Below are positions 48,004-59,034 of a stretch of DNA of 64,000 nucleotides, one piece after another; position 1 is the stretch's first letter, and every line of letters starts with the position of its first letter. The translations under genes were made by a program, and so were the position numbers. The DNA comes from Chloroflexi bacterium OLB15 (lineage in GTDB: Bacteria; Chloroflexota; Anaerolineae; Aggregatilineales; Phototrophicaceae): NCBI GenBank assembly GCA_001567085.1, contig LMZS01000062.1, positions 10,658 through 74,657 on the forward strand, given 5' to 3'. The notes below the pieces were generated by a model that did not search any database, was not told where the DNA came from, and saw only the letters and a list, made by a program, of their open reading frames with translations.

Positions 48004-48312
48004 AATAGATACCTAAATCAATTTATATCGCGGCAAATCATAGCGTGTTTATGCCGATCTTGCCTTGAGGAATCTTGCCAGAATCATGCTGGCAGTTGCG
48101 CGTTGAGGCGCAGGCGATAGCCGCTTTTACAGGCGGGATGTCGTCGCGCGCCAGATTTCATGAGGGGGAGCGTGGCTGCATCTGGTAAGCAGTTCGCCAA
48201 AGTAACGCGAACCCCACGATTATTGATCAAGAGGTAAGCAGCGTATTTGCGCAAAAAGAAAACTTGCACAACAATGTAATCTACAAGCCAATTACCTGTG
48301 GATACACCGCTT

Positions 48313-49711
48313 ATGTTCACCAAAGGGACGAATGCCCCGCAAGGTGATCATCGCGGCAAGCAGCCAAACCAACCATCGCCCTCGCCATCGCCCTCGATCA
48401 CGCAGACCAGCCGCGTTGATCCACAATTTCAACGATCTTCATCACCGGTGCAGCCATATGCCATTTTGAAATTGCAGCGCATGATGGGGAACCGCGCTGT
48501 GCAGCGGTTGATGACGCAGCAAAACGGGGCGGAAAACGCGCCGCTTCAACGCGATACGGCTGACGGCTTATTAAGCGAAGATCAGCTCAGCAAAGCAGTC
48601 AAATACAATAAATCGCGGCATTACAGCGAAGATATCGCCAAGCAGTTACAACGCGCCGTTGGGGTCAACGATGATGGCGTGCTGGGCGAAAATACCGCCC
48701 GCGCGGTGGCGGCATGGCAAGCGCAGAACGGCATTGAGGTTGACGGCAAAATCGGGCCAACCACGTATGCCCGGCTGCTGCCAGCCGTACAAGCGCCAGC
48801 AGCGACAGAAACGGTTGAATCTAACCAGCCTGAGCAGCCTGAAAACGCCGCGCAGCCCGAACAGGGTGGGATTATCAGCGATGTTGTTGGCGGCTTGAGC
48901 GATATGTGGGACAGCATTGGCGAAACTGCTGGTCAGTGGTGGGATCAGATCACGGATATGGTGGGCAATCAACCCGCGCAGCCTACGCCGGGAGAACCCG
49001 CCCCCGGTGAACCTGCGCCGCCCCAACCCAGCGAACTGGATCAATTGATGCTCAAAGAACGTTTGAGTATTGAGGAAATACGCCGGGCGCGGGAACTGAT
49101 CAACGAAGTGACCGACGAAAAAGACGCGCGGCGATCTATACGAAGCGCTGCAAGCCAAAGTTGAATATCACAGCCAGCGCGATAACGAATCAACCTCTGG
49201 CGGCAAGAATATTGGCGATGTGATGTGCAACCTGACTTCGCTGGCAATGGCGCTGTCGTATCTGGGCGTGCCTAACCCTGACCCGACCAAACAGTACGAA
49301 GATGCGCTGGAAGATATTCGCGTAGAAAAGAAACTGCCGGCGCGTACCACCTCTGAAGGCTGGGGCGGTGTAGCCAAAGAACTGGGCGTGACCGCTGAAT
49401 TTCTGGGCTACGACCTGAAGAAAGATAAAGATTGGTACATGGCAAATGTTGATCCTAAACTGCGCGAAGGTTACGCAGTGATGATGAGCATTAGCGGGCA
49501 TATTGTGCGGATGCAGGATGTGACCGAAAACGGGCTGGTGATTGACGATCCGTATGGCGTGGTCAATTTACAGGCCGGCGAAGGCTGGAGCTACGACAGC
49601 GGCAACAAGAATGCCCGCGAAGGCGAAGGCACGAATCGCGGCGAAGACAGTGTTTGGGCATGGGATGCGGTGAAAGTTCACAACATGCGCTGGATTGCGG
49701 CGTTGAAGTAA
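48313..49711 (+). pseudogene. peptidoglycan-binding domain + papain-like (C39-like) cysteine peptidase protein, split by a +1 frame change near 49112-49135
   Basis: Frame 1 has a polar N-terminus, the motif ILKLQRMMGNRAVQRLM, PG_binding_1-like VNDDGVLGENTARAVAAWQAQNGIEVDGKIGPTTYARL, and a PGEPAPGEPAP linker. The frame opening at 49112 reads DLYEALQAKVEYHSQRDN ... GDVMCNLTSLAMALSYLG ... SGHIVRMQDV (Gln/Cys/His papain-like pattern). Confidence 0.7.
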
Positions 49712-49743
49712 CAGCCCGATACCCGCCGCCTGATCAGCATGCC

Positions 49744-51186
49744 CTATTGATAAAGCTGCGCGTATAACGCGGCCTGCCGCTCGCGCGCGGATTTGAGCGC
49801 TGTGATGCCAATATCACGCGGCTGTACCATGCTCCCGACTTTTGGCGGAAAACCTGCCAGAGCATGCCCGTTTGTCGCCAGCAGCAAAATGGCGATCCCA
49901 CGCGCTGAAAGTTCCTGTTCCGCCAGCGTGGTGATCGGCAGCGCCAGCGCATCAGCCATCATTTGCACCCATGCGGGCGATTGTTCCAGCGCGCCGCCGC
50001 TGGCAACTGCCGATTGGACTGGGGTAGCAAACTGGGCTGCGATAGCGGCCAGCCGCAGGGCAACGCCTTCCAGCGCCGCCTGAGCGATATCTATGGGGTC
50101 TGTGGATAAGCGTAAGCCGTGAATGGTTCCGGATGCGTTCAGCTTCCAACCGGGGCTGCGTTCGCCTGCCAGCAGAGGTAAAAAAGTCAATCCGTGACCG
50201 TCCGGCGGACGCTTCAATAACGCAGCTTCAAGCGCCGCGCGATCTGGAAGCTGAATAGCATCTCGCACCCAGCGGAAGATATTGCCGCCCTCGTTCGCAG
50301 CCCCGCCGATTAGATGATGGGCAGCATCTATGCGGTAGCCCCATAAGCCAGAAGGCACTGAAGGCAGGCTTGCCAGCGATACCCGCCGTAGGGCGGCTGT
50401 TGTGCCAACCGTGAGCGCGGCAGTATTTGGCTGAACCGCCCCTGAACCGATATTAGCGGCCGCGCCATCGCCTATCGCCAGCGCAAAAGGCGCGTTCCGC
50501 AAAGCAGGCCAGCGCCGCGCGTAGGCATCGCTTAAACCCGTCTGCATCGCGTCATAATCGGCAAGCGGCGGAAGCTGATCTGCGCGAACCCCCAGCAGTT
50601 GCAGCCATTCGCCATCCCATGCCAGCACCTTACGATTGAGCAGGCCGCCCCATGAAGCCACCGAATAGCTGCACGGCACAGCTTTGCTAAACCAGCCCTG
50701 ATAAAGATAGGCTCCAAAGTCAACCCAGCAGCGCGCCTTTTCCCATAATTCAGGCTGTGTTCGCCGCAGCCAGCGCAGTTTTGCAGGGTGATAGGCGCTG
50801 TGTATCAGGCAGCCAGTACGCTGGTGAACAGCTTCGGCATCAAGCTCGCCGATCAACCCCAGCGCATCGCCGGCGCAGCGGGTATCAGCATAGGTGTAAA
50901 CCGGAGTCAGGGGATTCCCGTTCGCGCCCACGCCAAGCAGATTGCCAACAAAGGTGGTCATGCCGACCATCGAAATGGTATTCGCCGCAGGATGCGCCAG
51001 AAGGTCATCAATACATGCTTCAACCAGCCTGCGCAGATGGTTGGCGTCTACTTCGGCAGCGCCATCCTCACGTATTTCAAACGGGGTTTCGCGGCGAATT
51101 ACTGCATCAGGAATCAAAAGCGCGCGCTCATCAAATAACAGCGCGCGCACTGAAGAACTGCCGATGTCCAGAATCAGTAAGGCCAC
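49744..51186 (-). CDS. FGGY family carbohydrate kinase (gluconokinase/xylulokinase-like)
   Basis: N-terminal LILDIGSSSVRALLFD; FGGY-type blocks GDGAAANIGSG and GGALEQSPAWVQMMADAL. Confidence 0.85.
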   Translation of the reverse strand: MALLILDIGSSSVRALLFDERALLIPDAVIRRETPFEIREDGAAEVDANHLRRLVEACIDDLLAHPAANTISMVGMTTFVGNLLGVGANGNPLTPVYTYADTRCAGDALGLIGELDAEAVHQRTGCLIHSAYHPAKLRWLRRTQPELWEKARCWVDFGAYLYQGWFSKAVPCSYSVASWGGLLNRKVLAWDGEWLQLLGVRADQLPPLADYDAMQTGLSDAYARRWPALRNAPFALAIGDGAAANIGSGAVQPNTAALTVGTTAALRRVSLASLPSVPSGLWGYRIDAAHHLIGGAANEGGNIFRWVRDAIQLPDRAALEAALLKRPPDGHGLTFLPLLAGERSPGWKLNASGTIHGLRLSTDPIDIAQAALEGVALRLAAIAAQFATPVQSAVASGGALEQSPAWVQMMADALALPITTLAEQELSARGIAILLLATNGHALAGFPPKVGSMVQPRDIGITALKSARERQAALYAQLYQ

Positions 51187-51226
51187 ATCATTTCATCCGG
51201 TAGAGTCGCATCCTATTTTTGCGCTC

Positions 51227-51619
51227 TTAGGGGATGACTGCAACTGCTTCGATTTCAAGCAGAAAGCCGGATTGAAACAGTGACGCCACTTGTACTGCGG
51301 TGCTGGCAGGGGGGTGTGCCGTATTCACGTATTGATCGCGCACCTCGCGCAGCGTGGGTAGGTTGGCAACATCCAGCACAAAGATGCCGATCTTGACCAC
51401 GTGCGAGAAATCTCCGCCAACAGACTCCAGCGCGGCTTTGATGTTCTCAAACACTTGTACCGCCTGTGCGCGAAAATCGCCTTCACCGACCATCTTGCCT
51501 TCAGCATTTAGCGCGATTTGCCCGGAAATATAGTAGGTGCGCCCGCCAGTGACTTCAACGACCTGCGTATAGCCGCGCGGCGTGGGGATGGTTGGCGGAT
51601 TCAAAAAACGTGGCTGCAT
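51227..51619 (-). CDS. RidA/YjgF family reactive-intermediate deaminase
   Basis: 130 aa; blocks ISGQIAL and PASTAVQVASL ... LLEIEAVA. Confidence 0.9.
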   Translation of the reverse strand: MQPRFLNPPTIPTPRGYTQVVEVTGGRTYYISGQIALNAEGKMVGEGDFRAQAVQVFENIKAALESVGGDFSHVVKIGIFVLDVANLPTLREVRDQYVNTAHPPASTAVQVASLFQSGFLLEIEAVAVIP

Positions 51620-51781
51620 GGTTATTTTCCCTCATACGGCTGTTTTTAGGATTCAACTAAGCCCAATTCTTTCTCATCAACATGGGCGGGATGAAGATTT
51701 CGCGATTGGCAAAATCCCTTCATGCTTACCTGTATATGGCTAAGATGAGGATACTGTGATTTTGGGTGATTGGAAGAAAAC

Positions 51782-51812
51782 AAAAGCCCCTCAGTCAATG
51801 TAAGGGGCTTTT
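51782..51812 (-). terminator. terminator of the desaturase gene
   Basis: AAAAGCCCCT ... AGGGGCTTTT stem; T-rich tract follows on the minus strand. Confidence 0.75.
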
Positions 51813-51818
51813 GAAAGT

Positions 51819-52886
51819 TTATTCTACGGCTAATGCTGCTTCTGCCATCGCTGCTTCAGCGGCATCATGGGCGGCTTTGTGATAGCCGATCATTTTGTGC
51901 CGATCTTCGTCCCACAGGCGTACACGAATGGATTTCAGGCTGGTACGCAGGGTAAGCGGCTCAAGTTCGGTAAAGATCGGGTTGTCGTTGTGGCAGTCTT
52001 CCAGCTTGTAGTTCGGAATCTTCGGGCTGAGGTGGTGAATGTGATGGAAGCCGATGTTGCCGGTGAACCACTGCATCACTTTGGGCAGCTTGTAAAAAGA
52101 GCTGCCATACAGCGCGGCGCTGGCAAAATCCCAATTTTCATGGCGTTCCCAGTACACATTTTCATACTGGTGCTGCACGTAAAACAGCCATACGCCAATA
52201 GAGGAGGCAATGGCGATGATCGGAAGCTGCACCAGCAGATAATTCTTCAAGCCAATGGTGAAGCTGAAGAACAATACGATGCCCAGCAGCGCCAGATTCG
52301 TCCACATTACGCTGCGCTTATCACGCGGCTTATCTGAATTGTTTGCGCCGGGCAGGCGGTTGAAAATGACGAACTCGATTGAGGGGCCAATGATGAAGAT
52401 GATGAACGGATTGCGGTACATACGGTAGGCAATCCGCTTCCAGCGCGGCATCTGCTGGTATTCATCGTAAGTGAGCGTCCAAACATCGCCAATGCCACGA
52501 TGATCGAGATCGCCAGCGGTGGCGTGATGCACCGCGTGGCTGTGCCGCCATGCAAAATAGGGCGTGAAGGTCAGGATGCCGGTGATGACGCCAACAAAAT
52601 CGTTGGCTTTACGCGATTTGAAGAAGGAGCCATGCCCACAGTCGTGAAAAATGATGAAAATGCGCACCACAAACAGCGCCGCGAAGAAACACAGCACCAG
52701 CGTGAGCACATAAGAGATTTGAAGGCTGCGATAGGCTAGATAGGAGAGGATGAAATAAGGGGCAATGCTGTTTAGCATTTGCCATAGGCTGCGGCGTAAA
52801 TCGGATGTGTGAAACTTTTTAACAGACTGCTGCCAACCTGGTTTTGGTTTTGATTGCTGCTGTGAAGGCAGCACGTTAGTAGTCAC
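51819..52886 (-). CDS. membrane fatty acid desaturase
   Basis: Three His boxes HDCGH, HSHAVHH, HHIHH; GGAGAG RBS 9 nt before GTG 52886 (track start 52928). Confidence 0.9.
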   Translation of the reverse strand: MTTNVLPSQQQSKPKPGWQQSVKKFHTSDLRRSLWQMLNSIAPYFILSYLAYRSLQISYVLTLVLCFFAALFVVRIFIIFHDCGHGSFFKSRKANDFVGVITGILTFTPYFAWRHSHAVHHATAGDLDHRGIGDVWTLTYDEYQQMPRWKRIAYRMYRNPFIIFIIGPSIEFVIFNRLPGANNSDKPRDKRSVMWTNLALLGIVLFFSFTIGLKNYLLVQLPIIAIASSIGVWLFYVQHQYENVYWERHENWDFASAALYGSSFYKLPKVMQWFTGNIGFHHIHHLSPKIPNYKLEDCHNDNPIFTELEPLTLRTSLKSIRVRLWDEDRHKMIGYHKAAHDAAEAAMAEAALAVE

Positions 52887-53072
52887 GCTGATTAACTCTC
52901 CGGCATAGAATATAATTGCACAAATCACGAGGGAGGGTGAAGCCGCAGCATTATAGCGGTAACAGGCAAATGCCGCCTATACCTCACTGGCTTCAATATC
53001 AAATCGTTTGTGATCCGGTGGTTTCCCTGAACTGGATTTTGTGCGCAAAGAATAAACCCCTATAGTTTCGGT

Positions 53073-54008
53073 ATGTTACGCAATTGGTGCATAAATCTTC
53101 TTATTCTAGCCGTTATGCTGGCTGCCCCCGCCATCTACGCCCGGCAAACGGACATCACGCCTTACCCGCCGCTGACCATCCAGTTTGAGGGCATTTTTTC
53201 GATTCAACGGGAGCTGCGCGAGCCAGTGATCGCCGCGCTGAATGAACACCGCGATCTGCTGCCTCGCGGCGAATTTTTCTACACAGTTTCTGCCTATCGT
53301 GACCGCGCGGGGTGGGCGAAGATCACGCTGGTGCCCACGTGGATTATTGAAGATGGCTGGTCAAACGTGGAATTGGCTGATGCGCTGGTGATTGAAATCA
53401 TCGCGCGGCAGATCAGCCTTTCAGAATGGCAAGCCTATCTGGTGGGCAGCGCTGAATTTGCGCAGATCGTAGAAACGATGCCGCAGGGGTTTTATGATGC
53501 AGTTTCGCCGCTGCCAGCCTTGGCGGGCGCATATCTGCTTCCCTGGCGCGCAGGCGATAGCTGGTGGGCAACCAACGGCTGGCATCAGGGGAATGCAATT
53601 GATTTTCAACCGGCGTCCGGGGAGCGTTACGGGGTTCTGGCTTCAGAAGCCGGGCGGATGCGCGAATTGTGCAGCGACGGTTACCAAAGTTTGCTGCAAA
53701 TTCGCCACGCAGACGGGCGTTCTACCTTCTATTTGCATGTGACGCTGGCGCGTAATGTGCGGCTGGCGCTGCTGGATCAGAATGTGGAGCGTGGGCAGTA
53801 TTTAGGCGAAATCATCCGCCAGGATCGCTTCAATACCGCCTGCGGTCAGGGCAACAGCCGCCACCTGCATTTTGCAGTTTCGGATCGTGGGATGATCTTT
53901 GAGGATATGCCGATTGCGGGCATTGCTGACAGCGCTTCTTGCTGCGCGAATCCGCATTTGTATCGCTCGACAAATCAGCGCGTTGACCGCCAGCCCTGGC
54001 CGGAATAA
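53073..54008 (+). CDS. M23 family metallopeptidase (LytM-like), exported
   Basis: Signal or anchor LLILAVMLAAPAIYA; HxxxD (HQGNAIDF) and HxH (RHLHFAV) zinc motifs. Confidence 0.8.
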   Translation: MLRNWCINLLILAVMLAAPAIYARQTDITPYPPLTIQFEGIFSIQRELREPVIAALNEHRDLLPRGEFFYTVSAYRDRAGWAKITLVPTWIIEDGWSNVELADALVIEIIARQISLSEWQAYLVGSAEFAQIVETMPQGFYDAVSPLPALAGAYLLPWRAGDSWWATNGWHQGNAIDFQPASGERYGVLASEAGRMRELCSDGYQSLLQIRHADGRSTFYLHVTLARNVRLALLDQNVERGQYLGEIIRQDRFNTACGQGNSRHLHFAVSDRGMIFEDMPIAGIADSASCCANPHLYRSTNQRVDRQPWPE

Positions 54009-54092
54009 CCCCAAAAGGCGCACGCACGGCGTGGAACATGCCAGCCGATCAGCCTGAAAACGATGGCTGATCGCGGTGCAGCGCGAAAATAA

Positions 54093-54120
54093 AAAACGCG
54101 AGTCCCTTGACTCGCGTTTT
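54093..54120. terminator. bidirectional terminator between M23 peptidase and thioredoxin genes
   Basis: AAAACGCGAGTC-CCTT-GACTCGCGTTTT perfect 12-bp stem with flanking A and T runs. Confidence 0.8.
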
Positions 54121-54137
54121 GATTGCATATCAGGAAG

Positions 54138-54905
54138 TTACTGCAAGGGCTGCGCGTTTTCCTGCTCTTCACGCGGCGGCACTTCAAATACCAGCACCTG
54201 CTCGATCAACTGGCGGAATGCCGCTTCCGGAAGCGCGCCCGGCTGGTTGAAGATGATCGTGCGATCCTTGACCACCATCAGATTTGGGATGCTGGTGATG
54301 CGAAATGCCTGCGAAAGACCGGGGTTGGCATCAGTATCAACCTTAACGATCTTCAGCTTGCCCGCGTATTCTCCGGCCAGCTTGTCTAAAATTGGTGCGA
54401 CCATACGGCACGGGCCGCACCATGCTGCCCAGAAATCAACGAGAACAGGCAGATCGCTCTGTAAAACTTCCTGTTCAAACGTCTCATCGGTAACATTGAC
54501 GGGTTTATTTATTACTTCCATTGGCTTCTTGACCTCTATTTCTGTCGGGTTTTCTTCAGGGGTCGCAGCGGGTGGCGCTTTTTCAGCCAGGATCGCTTTC
54601 ATCGCCTCTAATGCCAGCGGCAAATCGCTGCCCCATGGGCGGGAACGACGCACCATTTCTTCGCCACAATACCAGCCCACCAGCAGCGGCTTATCGCTCG
54701 CGCTGAACATCTGCGCGGCGCGCGGGTTGCGGGTAGGGTCAAGCCGGGCATAGAGATATTGGCTGTCTTCGTCCGCCTGCTTTTGAAAGGCCGTTTTGAA
54801 GTCGCCTTTCAGCCCATCACCATTGGTGATCAAGACGAAAATTGGCTTATCTGTTGCCAGTACTTCGTCAAGATTCTGGTCGGTGAGCGTAATTGGCTCG
54901 CGCAT
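54138..54905 (-). CDS. thioredoxin with an N-terminal Cys-less thioredoxin-like extension
   Basis: C-terminal canonical VLVDFWAAWCGPCRMVAPILD; N-terminal ~110 aa resembles a Trx fold without CxxC; AGGGG RBS before ATG 54905. Confidence 0.9.
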   Translation of the reverse strand: MREPITLTDQNLDEVLATDKPIFVLITNGDGLKGDFKTAFQKQADEDSQYLYARLDPTRNPRAAQMFSASDKPLLVGWYCGEEMVRRSRPWGSDLPLALEAMKAILAEKAPPAATPEENPTEIEVKKPMEVINKPVNVTDETFEQEVLQSDLPVLVDFWAAWCGPCRMVAPILDKLAGEYAGKLKIVKVDTDANPGLSQAFRITSIPNLMVVKDRTIIFNQPGALPEAAFRQLIEQVLVFEVPPREEQENAQPLQ

Positions 54906-55001
54906 AGCGTACCCCTGAAGCAATCATTATTAAAATACGGATGCCAGATAGCCCGTTAATCTTACCTATTTCATGGCGCAGTCGTTAGCCTGAAGTGCGC
55001 T

Positions 55002-56702
55002 TTACGATGCGGTTTCCGCTGCCAGCGGCGTCTGCTTCTCACTAGTCGCCCTGAATGTGTCGGCGGCGATAATGGCCTCAAAAGCGCTCCACGTTATATT
55101 ATCGCGCCCGATATGCGCGAGGATATGCGCGCGTTCCAGATAGCGCTCAACCGGCGCGTTCAGACCGCTGAGATACACTTTGCCGCCGCGCGCTTCTACG
55201 CGCTCAATCAACTGCTCAATCGCGGCGATACCCGTCGTATCCAGCAGCGGAACCGTTCGCAAACTCAACACAATATCGCGATAGCTGCCTAAATCGTCCA
55301 GCGCTTCGGTGAAGGTGGTGGCTGTGCCAAAGAATAACGGCCCAACGACATACACCACACCGATACGGCTGCTATCGGTCAGCATCTCGTAGCGATCCTG
55401 CCGCATCTTTTCGGCAGATACGGGATGAACGGCTACTTTTGAACGGCTGATCTGAAAGACGAAGATGAGCGCTGACAGCCCCACGCCAATGATGATCGCC
55501 TGCGTTAAATCCAACGCTACGGTTGCGATCATGGTGGTTACAAACGCGAAAATTGCGCTTTTGAAGCGGCGGCTAAAAATATCGCGGATTTCCGTCCAGT
55601 CGTTCATGCGCCATGCGGTAATCGCCAGCACACCTGCCAGCGCGGCAAGCGGCACGCGGGCGAGTACCGGCGCAAGCACCAGCACCGCCAGCAGCAAGAT
55701 CACTGAATGGACGATGCTGACGATACGGGTTCGCCCGCCGCTTTTGATGGCGACGCTGGTACGGGCGATGGCCGCCGTTGCCGGAACACCCCCGAAGAAC
55801 GGGATGACGATATTCCCGATGCCCTGTGCAATTAATTCCTGGTTAGAAAACATTCTGGCATTTGCCATGCGCGCGCCAACTGTGCCGCTGAGCAAGCTCT
55901 CAATAGCCCCCAATGCGGCAATGGATAACGCCGGGGCGATCAGATCGCCAAGCTGATTCCAGGGGATATTCTGTGGCAGCATGCGCGCATCCAGCAGAAT
56001 AGATTGGGGAATAGCGCCGATCTGGTTGACATTCAGATTCAGGACGATGGTCGCTATCAACGCCAGAACTAAGCCTGCCAGCGATGAGGGAACCCGCATA
56101 TTCCACTGTTTTGGCCACACCAGCATGATCCCCATGACCGCCAGCGCGATCAGCAGCGCCGTCACATTGATTTCAGCCAGGTTCAAATGCTGGTATTCCA
56201 GCAGCTTCACGACCGCATTTTCGGCGCCCGGCGTTGTAACCCCCAGCAAATTGTCAAGCTGGCCGATGAAGATGATCAGCGCAATCCCGCTGGTGAAACC
56301 GGCGATCACCGCCGTAGGGATGAAGTTGACGATTTGCCCAAGATCAAAGATTCCGAGCAGCAGGATAAAAATACCCGCCAGCAGCCCGGCAACCCACACG
56401 CCTTCCAGGCCGTAGCGGTTTGCCAGCACGATCAGCACCGCGCTCATCGCGCCGGTGGGGCCGGAAATTTGAAAGCCTGCGCCAGAAAGCCCGCCGATCA
56501 AAATGCCGGCAATGATGGCGGTGACCAACCCGGAGGCGGCAGTTGCGCCAGAGGCAATACCGAAAGCCAGCGCCAGCGGCAGCGCTACGGCAGCAACCGT
56601 GATCCCCGCCAGAATATCTGCCCTGAGCCTTGAAGCTGAATAGTTCTGAAATTCCTCACGCAGCACCAACCGGAGAGGGATATAGCGTTCTATATTGAAC
56701 AT
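55002..56702 (-). CDS. SulP family inorganic anion transporter with C-terminal STAS domain
   Basis: Start region SRLRADILAGITVAAVALPLALAFGIASG; more than 10 TM helices; STAS-like C-terminus (IVLSLRTVPLLDTTGIAAIEQL). Confidence 0.92.
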   Translation of the reverse strand: MFNIERYIPLRLVLREEFQNYSASRLRADILAGITVAAVALPLALAFGIASGATAASGLVTAIIAGILIGGLSGAGFQISGPTGAMSAVLIVLANRYGLEGVWVAGLLAGIFILLLGIFDLGQIVNFIPTAVIAGFTSGIALIIFIGQLDNLLGVTTPGAENAVVKLLEYQHLNLAEINVTALLIALAVMGIMLVWPKQWNMRVPSSLAGLVLALIATIVLNLNVNQIGAIPQSILLDARMLPQNIPWNQLGDLIAPALSIAALGAIESLLSGTVGARMANARMFSNQELIAQGIGNIVIPFFGGVPATAAIARTSVAIKSGGRTRIVSIVHSVILLLAVLVLAPVLARVPLAALAGVLAITAWRMNDWTEIRDIFSRRFKSAIFAFVTTMIATVALDLTQAIIIGVGLSALIFVFQISRSKVAVHPVSAEKMRQDRYEMLTDSSRIGVVYVVGPLFFGTATTFTEALDDLGSYRDIVLSLRTVPLLDTTGIAAIEQLIERVEARGGKVYLSGLNAPVERYLERAHILAHIGRDNITWSAFEAIIAADTFRATSEKQTPLAAETAS

Positions 56703-56889
56703 TGTTCGCTGCTTTTCCTGCCCGCCTGAATGAAAGCCTGCTTTATTATGAAGCACGCTTTGAAGTTATTGAATAGTCCTGCACGCTGTTTTGATCAAAG
56801 AATGTGATGATACTGATCAGAAAATTTTTACAAGTTTTGACGACTTTATGAATCGCTTCAGACGTAAGATGTGAAACACAAAAAGATTC

Positions 56890-58274
<1,385 letters not shown>

Positions 58275-58348
58275 TCATTGTAAAACATATATTCACGCCA
58301 TTCCATGTGATGATCGTCGTATAGATCAAGCGCGCGCGATCCATACGC

Positions 58349-58378
58349 TTGTCAAAGTTAAAATTCGTCTGCTATAAT
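58349..58378 (+). promoter_or_regulatory. sigma-70-like promoter of the infC-rpmI-rplT operon
   Basis: TTGTCA (58349-58354), 18 nt spacer, TATAAT (58373-58378). Confidence 0.6.
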
Positions 58379-58398
58379 GCCCTCCCAGTCAGCTTATG

Positions 58399-58451
58399 CA
58401 GACTGCGCCGCTCTTGCAAGTGAAAAGAGTGGAATACGCGAGTCTGTTTTT
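58399..58451 (+). promoter_or_regulatory. leader terminator/attenuator upstream of infC (L20-leader-like arrangement)
   Basis: Extended hairpin CAGACTGCG ... CGCGAGTCTG with inner CGCTCTT/AAGAGTG pairing, followed by TTTTT; lies between the promoter and the infC start. Confidence 0.55.
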
Positions 58452-58487
58452 GTTATGTATAGATCCTGAAACCAGAAAGGTCAGGCG

Positions 58488-59015
58488 ATTACTTCATCAG
58501 ACGTACCACGTATCAACAACCAGATTCGCGCGCGGGAAGTTCGCGTGATTACGGACGACAAGCAAAATCTTGTAATTTCCCTTGCTGAAGCCCTCAGTAT
58601 GGCTGAGGCGAAGGGGCTGGATTTGGTCGAGGTAAGTCCGAACGCTGACCCGCCTGTATGTCGCATCATGGACTTTGGTAAGTTCATGTACGAACAGCAG
58701 CGCAAGGAACGCAAAGCGCGCAAGCAGCAAAAGACGATTGAAGTTAAAGAGATCGTCATTCAGCCCAAAACATCGGATCATCACCTGCAATTCAAGATGC
58801 GTGATGCGCGGCGTTGGATTGGCGACGGGATGAAGGTACGGGTACGCATCCGCTTTCGCGGTCGTGAGATCGCCCATGCGGAAATTGGACGTGTTCGTTT
58901 GGACAAGATACAAAACGAGTTGAAGGATGTTGCCATCGTTGAGCAGCCGCCGACGATGGAGGGCAGCACGATGCTTATGGTGCTAGCCCCGGCTAAGGAT
59001 GCAACCAAGAAATAG
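58488..59015 (+). CDS. infC: translation initiation factor IF-3, probable AUU start
   Basis: Conserved N-terminus INNQIRAREVRVITDD lies upstream of the first ATG/GTG/TTG (GTG 58545); in-frame stop at 58467; ATT 58488 sits 7 nt after AAAGG. Confidence 0.88.
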   Translation: MTSSDVPRINNQIRAREVRVITDDKQNLVISLAEALSMAEAKGLDLVEVSPNADPPVCRIMDFGKFMYEQQRKERKARKQQKTIEVKEIVIQPKTSDHHLQFKMRDARRWIGDGMKVRVRIRFRGREIAHAEIGRVRLDKIQNELKDVAIVEQPPTMEGSTMLMVLAPAKDATKK

Positions 59016-59034
59016 GCGCAAGCGGAGAAAGATC

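Noticed and set aside
48084-48323. 79-aa minus-strand ORF upstream of the effector-like gene
   Set aside because: It overlaps the start of the plus-strand gene, has no RBS, and has an Arg/Leu-rich composition.
48372-48395. CCATCGCCCTCG direct repeat
   Set aside because: It encodes the PSPSPSPS low-complexity N-terminal segment. It is not a CRISPR or regulatory repeat.
49112-49125. Programmed ribosomal frameshift at GAAAAAG (and at the other two split genes)
   Set aside because: The required shift is +1. There is no X-XXY-YYZ heptamer in the zero frame, no stop or rare codon stall site, and no downstream structure. Homopolymer indel is the simpler explanation.
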